Below the pieces are notes generated by a model. It saw nothing but the letters and a program-made list of their open reading frames with translations. It was not told the DNA's origin and ran no database searches. Below, piece by piece: positions 25,308-37,400 of a stretch of 64,000 bases of DNA (within the stretch, counting starts at the first letter, position 1; every line of letters begins with the position of its first letter). Location: assembly GCA_054600435.1 (NCBI GenBank), contig BAAIJX010000003.1, positions 124,001 through 188,000 of the forward strand, given 5' to 3'. The DNA is from Neophaeotheca triangularis. Its lineage: Eukaryota. A program made the translations under genes and the position numbers.

Positions 25308-28300
25308 CTACCTCCTTCCCCCACCAACCGGAATCCCCCTCCCACCCCCAACAACCCCAGCCCCCGCCGCAGGCGGCCTAACCCCACCCGCACCACCCGC
25401 ACCCGCAGGCGCCCCTCCCCCGGCAAACAACAACTTGAAACCATTCTTCAACGCGCGCATGTCAGGGTAAGAGTTGCCAGCCAACTGGAAAGCGTTGGGG
25501 ATGATCTTGACGGGCCAAGCGGCGAGACGGGCTTGCTGACCGGCTTTGAAACACAATAGGAAGTAAGGGACTGCCGAGGGGTGGAAGCAGAAAGCGTACA
25601 TGCTGCGCTTGGGGTTGGCCGTGGTGTAGGTTGTTAGCCAGGTATCTGTGCAAGGAGGTTAGTATGATCCGGGATCCATTTGTTTGAACGCTATGTAGTG
25701 AAAAAGCTTACCAGTCTGCTCCCGACTCCCCTTTTGAAAGCGCTCATCCGCCATCATCTCGTCGACTTTGCGCGCCATGGCTTTGACGTGCAGCACAATC
25801 AACTCGTCCAAGTCTGAGTACGTCCACTTGCCGGCGATCTTCAGAGTCCTGCCGACGCTAAACTCATTCTCCTTGTCCAGCTCCAACACATCAATGTGGT
25901 TGTAAAGTCCATCGTGGACTTTCCAGGTGACGGCCAAATGGTCCAGTCCCTTAGAGCTGGGCCGGATGACGCAGTCGCCACGGGATTGGCCACCGAGGAA
26001 TTCTTCAGCTTGCGTGGAGTTGAAGGGGCGGAACAGGGGGTGTTTGATGACGCGTTGGGCGCGGCCGGTTTTGGCTTCGACGGCTTTGCGGAGCGCCTGG
26101 CGGTCGCGGGCTTCTTGCTCCTCGTCCCATTCGTCCAGGCCGTGGTCGTAGTGTTTGCGGTAAGGGTTGCGCATCTCATTGTCGCGGAGAGTGAGCTGGG
26201 CGGAGAACTTCTTACGGTCGATGAAGGTAAGTTTGGCCTGGATGGTTTGGTGTTGGGCCCAGACTTGGCGGGGCTCGAGGCCGCGCTCGCCGACGTTCTC
26301 GGGATATTCGGTTGACGAGACGCCGCCGTCGATGCCGCAGTCGAGTTTGACTTCGATGTGGTCGGGGAAGGTGCGTTTGACGCTGACGGGAACAATCATG
26401 CCTTCGGTGATGGAATCGCGGGTTTCGCCGGTAAGCATGGTGAAAACTTCGTCGGTGCTGAGGAAATTAAAATTGCGACGCAATTCTTCGTAGGGGACTT
26501 GGAGTTCAGCGCGGATGGTTTCGAGGGTTGCGCGCTTCTTTTGTTGGAATTGTCGCTCGAGTTGTTCGGCATATTGCTCGAGCAAGAGGTCATTGACACG
26601 GTCCTGAGCTTGTTCTTTGACAAGGCGGCGCAGGATAGCATTGGGTCCGTTCTCGTCGACTTCTGCTTTGATGTCTTCTTCATCAAGCTCGAGAGTGTCG
26701 GCGGCCATCTTGCGAGCAATGTCGTAGTCTTCTGGGTGAATACGGGTGTTGTCAAGGTAATCGGCCTCGGGCTCCGTCTCATCAAATTGAATGTAGAGAA
26801 AGCTGGCAGCATTCTCCCAGATTTTCGGACCAAGTGCCTGCTTGCGGCCCGTTTCAGGATCACCGACGAGGGAGTCACGGGTGATAACCTCGCCTCCGCT
26901 GTTGTTGATAACCTTGACCATCTGCTCCGCCTTTCGAGGGCCGAGACCGCAGACGTACGGCAGTAGATTGGCGACTCTCTGATCAGTGAGTGCGTCGTTG
27001 ACCTCGACACCAACCAAGTTGACCATGTCCACCATGGCAGTTTCTAGCTGCTTCATCAGGCGTTCAGCGGGGATCAAATGCTGATGCGGGTTGAATGCGA
27101 TGGAAGCAATGTCTTTGCCGAGACTGGCGTATTGCAAGATGGGGTCTTGCATGTAGTGTGCGAGAGAGATGGCATATCTTGTTAGAGGCGGTGTACCAGG
27201 GTGGTCGACAAGCGAGCGGTCAGAAGTGTGGTAGAGGCGAGCCACTTCATCGTTGACAATGATGACTTCAAGCTCATCCGCCATCTCCTTGTCAGAGCCA
27301 TCCACCTCTTCCTCGTAGGGTGTGCCTTTGAGTTCAAACTTCTCGATAATGTCCTGAACATCACGGTACAGCCTGCGGGTCTCGACCGAGAAACCGGAGA
27401 CAGCGACAACATCCGGCTTCCTGCGCTCGATGAGCTCGACGAAGCCTCGGACATCTTTGCCATCTTCAATGTACTTTTCCGCATTGCCCAAACGAAGGTC
27501 CTCGAATTTGCCATTTTCAAGTGCCTTGCTGTGCTCGTCGACGTAAGCCCAACAGATGGCGTCACCCTTTTGACCAGCACCGTTGGATAGAGCAAGCACT
27601 CTCGGGCTCGTACCCAGCTGCATCCCTTTTGGCTTGTAAGGTGCTTGATCCAGCTTTGCACTATACGCGAGACGACAAGCAGTAGCGATGTTGCGCTCGC
27701 AAATGTCCTTGATGTTCTCCTTCATTTGCCTGCCGAGGATGTGGTGGAGCTTCTTAAGCGCCAGATCCACGACCTCTCTACGGATACTGTTCCAGGCATC
27801 AGCGACCTCGGAAGAGTTGTCGGACTCGATGTGACGCTGCATGTCCTCTCTGATCCTGCGCTCGCTTGAAAGACGCACGCGAACCTCGACAAGACCATCT
27901 TGCTCCGCGCGCAGCATCTTCAAGAAAAGCTCTGGGCGCTGGACAAAGTTGCGAATCTCCTGACCACGAAGGTACTTGAATTCGTAGTAAGGGTGGTCTT
28001 CGTCAATCTGCTTGTTGCCTTTGTCGGTGCGAAAGACATCAAACAGCGCCTTGTCGTAGAAGATCTTGCGCATCACACGTCTCATGCGAGGGCTCATGGC
28101 GATCTCTTCAACCAACATCCTGCGGCCAGCTTCCAAGACATCCTGACCAGTCCTGTATTCGGGGTCCTGGATCAAAGTGTCGGCCATGTCGATTGGACGC
28201 ACGTCGGGGTCCTCGGTGTAGTTCTTGCGACCGGGAACAGACCTCTCAGCGTTTTGGGCAAGCGCGTCTGCAGAAATACCGAAGCTCTTGACCAAATGGT

Positions 28301-29741
28301 ACGCGTTGCCCGAGCGGACCTTGTCCCACAGAGTACGAACACCTCTTGCCCGCTTTTGCATGCCCTTCTCTTCCGCATCAGCGATAGACATGTCCTTGAG
28401 TCTGGCGGAGTATTGGAAGTTGAGGTAGTCCTGGATATCCTGTAGCTCTTCAAGAGTCTCGGCAGAAGGGATGAGATCATCAAAGACGGTGTCCGCAAAG
28501 TCTTCACTGCCGTCTTTAATTGCCTGTACCGACTTTTGAATAGCCTCGCGCTTCTCAATAAACGCCCTGAACTTGAGGTCCATCTCGAAAATCTCCCAAA
28601 GATCATCCTGGTTGAGTAGCTTTTGGGCTTTGGTGTCGTACGCGGGACCGTTCGGGTCACTCGAGGGGATCTGCTCGGAATGGATCAGGTAGTCCTTGCG
28701 GTGTTGGAAGATGAAGGGAACTTCGTAATCGCGGTGGTTCATGAAGTCGAGAACGTTGGCGACAGCATTACGGAATGGGCCGCGGAACTCGCCGTCGAGA
28801 TCCTTCTTCGGCCACATCAGAGCCACGATCCAGTTCGCTTCTTCGCTTGCGCGGTCGGCTTGGTCGTCTTCGGAGAGCTCGTTCAGGTCTTTGTATGGCT
28901 TCCTTGCGAGCTGGAACCGCTCCGGGACGTCGGTAATGCGGATAATGTTGTCCTCGTCCGTCAACATCTTCTCGACGAGCTGACTTGGCTCGAAGACATC
29001 CTTGAGTTCGAGTGGCTTATCCGGGTCTTGCAGATCGTCCCTGTTGGTATCCTCAACCTCCAAAGCCCATTCAAACTCATTGCCATCACCAAACGCAGCG
29101 CGCATATCCTCGAGATCGGCTTCATCGAGCCCGGAGTCTTTGAGATTTTGAATGTCGGCGAATCCAGGACGCGTGGGCCTTCTGACCTCCATCTCATCAC
29201 GGATGCGGTCCTGCTCTTCGTCCGGGAATTCGTCCTCCTCAATGAAGTCATCCATCTCGTTGCCAAAAGCACCACCAGCCCTGCGTCCCATACCCATGCC
29301 ATCTTCCTCATCATCGGAAAAGATGTTTTCGACGCCGCGAGACTCTGAAACAGACCTGTCCTCGCGATGGCCACGCTTGAGCCTCTTGAATTTACTCTCC
29401 TTGACCGGCTCGCGCGCAGGATCCCTAATCCCAATCAAGTCCAGATCTTCCTCATCCAAATCCTCATCTTCCTCACGCTCCTCGCGTCTACGCTTCCGCT
29501 TCTCCTTCCTGCGCGCGCGTCGCTCTTCATCGTCCTCATCCTCATCTACGATGAAACCCTCCTGGACCGCGCGCTGTGCCTCTTCATCGTCGTCTTCGTC
29601 TTCCTCGTCGCTTGAGTCGTCGAAACCGTTCTTACGGGATTTGTGCTGGCGATCAATGGGGTTGCCGTCGTCATCCAGTTCCTCTTCCTCTTCATCACTT
29701 CCGACTTCGGCGGCCATGTCGAACAGGGCTGGGTCTGCCAT
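25308..29741 (-). CDS. SPT6: Transcription elongation factor / histone chaperone Spt6
   Basis: complement(join(25308..25645,25712..29741)); intron GTAAGC...ACTAAC...CAG. Acidic N-terminus, [31 protein letters not shown] (HhH), [12 protein letters not shown]1 region, tandem SH2 (RVIKHPLF...IRPSSKG...[17 protein letters not shown]). Confidence 0.97.
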
Positions 29742-30306
29742 AGTGAAGGGTCGAATTGGTGTAGCAAACAGGTGTCAAGGGGTGGTATTCGGAGGTGCGT
29801 TTTGGCTGGTTGCGCCAGCAGCGGGGTTGGACTAGTGGTGTTTCAGTGGAAATATGCGGTATTGAAGGGAGTGAAAGTGACGTTGATTTTGTCAAGGGTA
29901 AGTAGGTATGGATTCGAGGGTGTGTAAGGTAAGGTACGGTAAGGGACTGTATGTTGCTGGAGAGGTCTTGTTGCTTTGCCAAAGGTAAAGGCAGCTACGA
30001 CAGGAGCCTTGGCGGAGGGCGGCTTTCCCGCAGAGCCGCGATGAGGCTTGGCGTCAATCAGTCACGTGCGTCGCGCATGTACCTACGTTGTACCTTAGTA
30101 GATGCACCCTTTATCAACATTACCTTAATGGCGAGATAAGACTGTCTCAAATGATCAATCTGCAGACATGATACATACCTTAATGTAAGCAAGTCACACT
30201 CACAATCAACTTACAGTACGAGAGTACAGTACCTACCTAGTTGGCGCAACATTGTCTTGGCTCTCCTATTCGCAGCCGCTTTCTAACGGGCCAGTCTCTA
30301 TGAGAA

Positions 30307-30307
<1 letters not shown>

Positions 30308-30340
<33 letters not shown>
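30308..30340. repeat. (AGT)11 microsatellite in the SPT6/STE7 divergent intergenic region
   Basis: Directly visible agtagtagt... run. Confidence 0.95.
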
Positions 30341-30345
<5 letters not shown>

Positions 30346-31235
30346 TAGGCAAGGTAAGTTATTGGTCCACTAGATGGAAGAACGAGACAACAATAATAAT
30401 GCCCAGGCAAGACGAAACAGTCGTCAACTGACTCGAGACATGACAAGCTGCCCTGCCCTGTAACAAGCTGAAGTTTGCGACCCCTGAATTGATACATACA
30501 TATACCTACTAGTAGTACTAGGAGGTATACTGAGTGGTAGATAATAATAACGAGTACTGTCCTCCTAATTTGAATCCCTTCCACCATTCACCACCACCTC
30601 ATTCTCATCGCTGGCCACTCTCATTCGACTCACAATACCAAGCGCCGTCAAGGTATTGTGAACGGGAGAGAAGTGACTATTGAAGCTTGGACAGCCAGTA
30701 CTTCCAGTAACCTACCAGGAGGTATCGCCCCCACCAGCTCAAGTACATACTAGTACTGTTTAACAAGACCCCTCGGCCGCATATATTAGCATCCTCGACC
30801 TCTACTCCTACCTCCCTACCTACCTTACCTACCTACACATATTACATATTATTTTCCCGGCCACAGTCTGCTTCAAAAACACTTCCACTCCTCCCCACGG
30901 AGCCACGACACCAAACACAAACTTGCTGAAGAGGAAGAAGTTGATCCTGACATTCGATTGCTACCCAACGCTTGCGTCACGCTGTTGGTATCCCGGCTAC
31001 ATCGCAACCTCGCACGCGCCCTGATCCTCATCTGGGTGACCGGCTTGATCGACTGGTTGGCCTCATGGCAAAGAATCACTGGTTGTGAACGTGAAAGAGA
31101 CAAAATAGCTAGGCGGCACTGCATGTCTGAACAGAGTGATCGCGACCGCATAGTCATTCTTGCGAGAGAACCAAACAACCTTCTGCTGCATTCCTACCGC
31201 CCTTGATACTACAGCCACCACTCCAAACCGCAACC

Positions 31236-33317
31236 ATGTCGGACGCCTTCAAAACCCGCACCATGAAGCGGAAAAACGTCAAAGGCCTCGCCCTCTCCGC
31301 TCCCGCTCCCAAACCCGTCCCTGCAGCAGGCGATGCCCAACTCCCCGGCGCCCACGGTAGCAGCGAACGCGGTGACACCCTTGAGATAGGGGTCGAGTTT
31401 CGACTAGACTTACGGAGCGAGGACCTTGTACCAATCAAAGAGCTGGGATCAGGCAATGGCGGGACCGTCTCAAAAGTCATGCACACGGCCACCAAGGTGG
31501 TCATGGCGAGAAAAATAATACACGTCGAGGCCAAGAGGGAGGTTCGGAAGCGGATTGTAAGGGAGTTGCAGATTATGTTTGAGTGCAATAGTCCGTATAT
31601 TGTCAGCTTTTACGGGGCGTTTATGAACGACGGAGGGGATGTCATCATGTGCATGGAGTATATGGATACAGGGTGAGTGCAGTGCCCTTTCTCCCCCTTG
31701 TGTCATGGCTATACTGACTGGACTTTTCACACCAGCTCCCTTGACTCCATCTCCAAAACCTTTGGCCCCGTCCGCGTCGACGTCCTAGGCAAAATCGCCG
31801 AAGCCGTCCTCGGCGGCCTAACCTACCTCTACCGCGCCCACAAAATCATGCACCGCGACATCAAACCCTCCAACGTCCTCGTCAATAGCCGCGGACAAAT
31901 CAAACTCTGCGACTTCGGCGTAAGCAGCGAACTCGACAACAGCGTCGCCGACACTTTCGTCGGCACAGGCACTTACATGGCCCCCGAACGCATCCAAGGC
32001 AGCCCCTACACCGTCAAAAGCGATGTCTGGTCTGTCGGCCTCACTTTAATGGAACTCGCCATCGGCCGCTTCCCTTTCCACAACACCTCCCCCGAAGACG
32101 ACGACGACGAGGAAGAAGCCGGCGGCCCACAAGGCATCCTCGACCTGCTCCAACAAATCGTCCTCGAACCCGCCCCCAAACTCCCCAAATCCGACGCTTT
32201 CCCGCAAATCCTCGAAGACGTGATAGCAAAATGCCTGATGAAAGCGCCGGAAGAACGACCCACGCCGCAAGAACTCTACGAAAGCGACGCTTTCCTGCAA
32301 GCCGCGAAGCGCACGCCTGTGGATTTGGAGCAGTGGGCTGTGAGCATGATGGAGAAGCAGAAACGCAAGAGCCACCTGGTGCCGCAGCTCAGTCCGGCGA
32401 CCAAGACTCTTCTCAAAAGCGACGACAACACGCCCAGTACTGCTTCGACTTCTGCGAGCACAGCCCCAGACCGCGCGCCCACGACTGGGGACATCCCGAT
32501 CGCTTCGTCGCAGCACCAACAACCGCAAGTGCAAGTGCAGACGCAAGCCCGGGAGCAGACGGCCAACGGCAGCGTCCACAACATCCCGACCGCAAACTCT
32601 ACCCCCGCAGCCCCCATGTACGACCGCCAACCCTCCCAACAACCGCAACCCCAGTCCCACCCGGCAGCAACCCACTCTCCCTTCCCCCCGCGCACAACAA
32701 GCCATAGCCATCAACGCGCCCCTTCAATCTCAGCTTCCCAATCTCAGCAACCCCAACCCCGGCAAGAACGATCCCACCACCACCATCCTAGTCTTCCGAT
32801 ACGTCCTGCCCCGCCTAAAAGCTCTTATAGTAGTGATAGCACTGGTAGTTTTGGGGGCAGTGGGCCAAGACCTAGTCGGAGGGTTGAAAGGGAGAGGGAG
32901 AGGGAGAGGGATGGGGGTGGGAGGGGATACGAAGGACGTGGTGGGGAGGGGAGGAATTACGAAAACAGAGGAGGGGGCGAAGGGAGGGGTTACGACGGCC
33001 GAAACTACGAAAGCCGAAGCTACGAGAACAGAGGCTTGCCAGATGCCCGGCGGACTCCGGCGGAAGCGAGCAGAGGCTACGATCACTACAGCAACAATAA
33101 TCCCAGAGGCTATGATGAACGAAGACCTTCGGCTGTTGAGAGCTATGGCGGATCCACTGGTGTTTCTTCCGCGGGAGGCAGTGCTCGGAGAGCGCCTCGG
33201 GCTGGCGGGGTGGGGGTGAGTGGATTTGGTGGTGCTGGAGGTGGGGGTGTTAATGGCGGTTCTTCTGGCGGCGTTGGCGGGGTATCCGGTGGTGCTGGTG
33301 GGGACGGGGCGTACTAG
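31236..33317 (+). CDS. STE7: MAP kinase kinase, Ste7/Mst7/Fuz7 type, about 672 aa
   Basis: join(31236..31672,31736..33317). N-terminal docking site MKRKNVKGLAL, GSGNGG loop, MARK, HRDIKPSN, DFG, activation loop SVADTFVGTGTYMAPER, SDVWS. Confidence 0.95.
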
Positions 33318-34447
33318 TGCCCCCGAGTTTGAAGGCTGGGACGGGGGGATTGGATTGGATCAGGTGCAGAGGGTACAGACCATGGTGGGAATGGCGGTTA
33401 TGTAAGTAAAGCGAGAGCCAAAGCATCAGTCAGCGCAATCAGAGCTGCTAAAGCGTTCCAACCCCCATGCCCTTCGTTGGGGGGTTTTTTTTTTTCTTTT
33501 CTGCCTCTTTCCACCTACCATCGTACCGCTTTGCTTCGCTTCACGCCGTCCGTACCTAGGTAACATATCACACAGTCCAGTGCGACCGGGCAGCCGCGCC
33601 ACTGACTTGCCAGCTCACGGTAGTGTAAGTAGGTAGCTTTCTTTCCCTTTGCTCCACGGTTTCGTTTCGAGCTGTACCGTAGGGTGGGGGGTTGGTGCCG
33701 CCGTCGCTGGCAGACGTACAAAACGGCACATGAGAAGCCTTCACCCTTTGCGGGAACAGCTCGACTCGGCACCACGAGCGGCATTGGCGCGTGCTTGATG
33801 ATTTGGAGAACTCTGCTCGCTGGTGTTGACTCTGACCTGGAAAGTCCTGAAGACAGGACCCCGGTTGCCGAGACCTGCGTGAAAGTTGAGGGGTTGGTGT
33901 TTACGTCGAGACTTAAGGATGCTTTCGTAGAAAACGGTGGGGGCGTGGCTACCGCTTCACTGCTTCTCGTTACTTCCTGGTCGTTGTCACCTTCGAGCGC
34001 CGATGGGAAGGAGATAGCTTGAAGGATAGGGTGGCTGTGGGACGCTCTCCGCTGCGACCAGAGCCCTGGGTCCCTAATGACAAAGCTTGGCTGTTCTGTC
34101 AAACGAGCGCGAGATGGCACATGGGCAAGGGATGGCTTCTTATTTGGCGGTCTTCACCAGGGCTCTGCTTCCTTCCAGCTACTACCTTGGAGATCCTGGA
34201 TCATGAAGGGCATCGAGTGGATCACACGATAGGCAGGACGCAGAACCCAAAAATTACGCCAGTTTCTAGTTGTGCCAGGGATGTGGATGAGCGGCGGTTG
34301 TGGTAAGTCATGAACCGCCTCAATTTAACTCCTACCAAAAACATGCACTACGAAACTAAAGCATTACCCCTGGGTATCATACAACCAACCAAGCAGCTCC
34401 AGCAACCAAAATGTCAAAAGCCCAAGCACCAAAAGAAGAAATCCGCA

Positions 34448-37400
34448 TCAAGCCGTGCCCCACACCCGCTTCGCCTTCATCGTCGGCATCCTGGGCCCTC
34501 GAAACTCCTCCGCCGGCCACCCCTGACTCGTACTCCCAGCCTCAACAACATCCCCAGCCATCACGAGCGTATGCTCTAACAAACACGAATCCGCTTCCAT
34601 CTTTGCGCCCGACAACAACCTCGACCCGGACCTCAAAACACTCCTGTCACCCACACTCAACTCGTTCAAATCGAACTTACCCCTAGTATTCACATGTCCG
34701 ACCAGACTGGCATCATCGACTGCCACCCTATCTCCCAGCGTTAACAGGTCCGGCTCCGTGAACATCAGACTCGGCGCGCCGCCGGCAAAGAGCGCGACGT
34801 CGTTGCCCAGACTCGCGCCCAGAGCGCGGAAGTAAGTGGCGATCCACCACGAGCCTGTCAACAGCCCTAGAATCCCGTGCCCACCATAGCAATGCCTGCG
34901 CAAAGTCTCGATCTTGAGGAAGAGCTGCCAGCGTTGACAGTAGGGAGATTTATCCCAGTCGTAGTTGCCCGGTTTGCGACGGCCGAGAAGGAGCCATTTT
35001 GCCGCGACGATGAGGGCGAGGACTAGCACCGACTGCGCGGTCATGAGGATGGAGATTATGGCTCCGAACATTAGGTAGAGGCCTAGGGGTCGGTACCATT
35101 GGGTTTCGAGGAGGTAGGCGTTGGTGTTGGAGTTTTTGTAGACGTTGGCGCAGATTTGCACGGCGCTGATGGAGGGGACGTTCCAGTAGATGGCTATGGT
35201 GGCGATGATGAGGGTGGAGTAGAGGGAGATTGTGGTTTGCGACCAGACGCGGTAGGGGGCTTGGTTTTGGTAGAAGGCGCGGCCGAAGGGGGAAAGAGTT
35301 TCGGTTGGTGGTTCGGGGTTTGAGTGCGTTTCTCGTGGTGCGACGTTCTTGTTCAGAGGCTGGGCGGGATGTTCCGTAAAGCCCTTTTCGAGGAGGTCGC
35401 TGCGGCTGGCGGAGGGTGTGGAGACTTCGGAGTCGTTGGGGGACTTGACGAGCGTCGTGGCGGAAGAGTTCATGCTTAGGAAGTTCGGCTCTGGCGCTTT
35501 CAAATCGTCGTAGTACTTGCTGGCTCTCTTTCCCGGAACGGTGGTATTTGCAAGCGTTCCCGAAGTCAGGCAAATGGCCTCTCCGTTTTTGCTGCCTACC
35601 CATGTCGTCTCGGATGGGTAGTGGGCATTGCGCTTTGTGAGAGCTCCGCTGCCCATGATAGTCTTCTCGCCAAGGCTTGAACCGGGAAGCAGCACCACTC
35701 TATCGGCAACCATGGCACTATCGCCTATGCGCACGCGATCGGTGCCAGTACCATCCGAGGTTACTATGCTTGCGCGAGAGCCAAAGACTACGTCGTCGCC
35801 TACTTCTAGCAAGTCGTGGTTCTGGATCGAGGGACCAGTACCAGGCCAGTAGACACGCTGACCGACTTTGGCACCTAGAGCTCTCATCATCACGGAAGTG
35901 GCCTCGTAATGGCTACCAAACAGCTCAGACAATTTGTGGAAGCGCGGTGCCGGCATGAGATCTTGTATCAGCTGCAGGCGGAATTTTTCGAGGCTGGACC
36001 TTTGAGCAGTGCTACTGGACTTGATTGTCCCCATGAAGAGATCAAAGGCTTTCTTGACGAATAGTACCGCGGCAAAGTAGAATGCTGGACCGAAAGTAGC
36101 GTGAGCGGCGAAAGCAAGATACTACGAAAAATTAGCTCATATTTAAGGCGATGGTGACGGAACTGACAACTTACATGATAGCCTACTCTCTCCGGATAAG
36201 CGAACCAAAGTATGACCGCGCGGACTGCATCGGGTATCCTCTCGTCTGGACGCCTGCGCACTAGAGCTACTAGGCATGCCAGCCAAGGGAGAATACCGAT
36301 GAATTCCACGGCAGCACGTATCGGCAGTCCAAGGAAGAGTTGCAGACTCCAATGAGGCGCGGGGATTCGACTGGCCGCAAGATCCCGATTCGCCTCCTCC
36401 GCACTCTTGATCTCCCAACTCGACGAGTTTGGTCCAATGCAAGCATTTGCTGGTACATTGGTTCCAGCCGCAACGATTGAAGCTAAGCCAATGGAGCTGT
36501 TGGCCCCGAGCGTGATACGTCCAAGATACATGGAAGTGTTGCGTTCAGCCGCAAAGGGACGAACGATGCATCGTTCCAGCACCGCATTGTCCTCTATAGT
36601 AAGAAGGTCATATTCCCCGAGAGTGGCGCCTTTCGCTATAGTAACGCTGTTCCCGATCTTGGCGCCCATCAGCCGGTAGTACCAAACCCGTGAAGTGTCT
36701 GTAAGGTTGAAAGCGCCCTTGCCCGCGATGCCGATGGCTTTTTGGCAGATCCACCAGCGGGTGTGGTAGGATGACCACATCGGGTAGAGGCCTTCGCGGT
36801 AGCGACCGATGATTATCCATTTGAAGGCAATGGCCAGAAAGGGGGTGATGAGTTTCACAGCAGCGTTTGCTACTAGCAAGGAGACGACGAGGTTGACCAG
36901 CCGACCGAGCACGATATCGTTGGTGTACCAGCGTTGGGTGTAGGCGAGAAAGTAGACGAAAAAGGTCCAGGTCAAGGCTCGCTTCGCGGGGAAGAATATC
37001 ACCATAGGTAGCAGTTGTATCGCCAGGATGATAGGGTTGGTGGAGCTGCATGTCTCCTCGCAACCTGGTAGGAGCTCATCTGTTTCGGTTGATGCGCTAG
37101 CGGACCTGGGGTCCTCTTTTGAGCTTCCCATTTTCTCCTCAATCACTACGGCCAGGTCCGCAACTTTGCGGTTGATGAAAAGCGCATCGATTGGCAGCCG
37201 GATCTTGAACTCTTTGCGAAGTGCGGAAAGGAGCTTCCCCGCTCGCATGCTATCGCCGCCGAGCTCGAAGAAGTCGGATTGAGCATTGACAGTAGTGGAA
37301 GGTAGTGCCAGAATCTCGGCGAAGATGCCAGCTACGATTGCCACCGTTGAAGATGCATGCACCTGACTCCCCTTGAGTCTGGGCTCAGCGGTGGGCAAAC

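Noticed and set aside
33515..34120. 201-aa Ser/Thr-rich minus-strand ORF between STE7 and the NRPS-like gene
   Set aside because: No signal peptide, convincing TM segment or domain motif.
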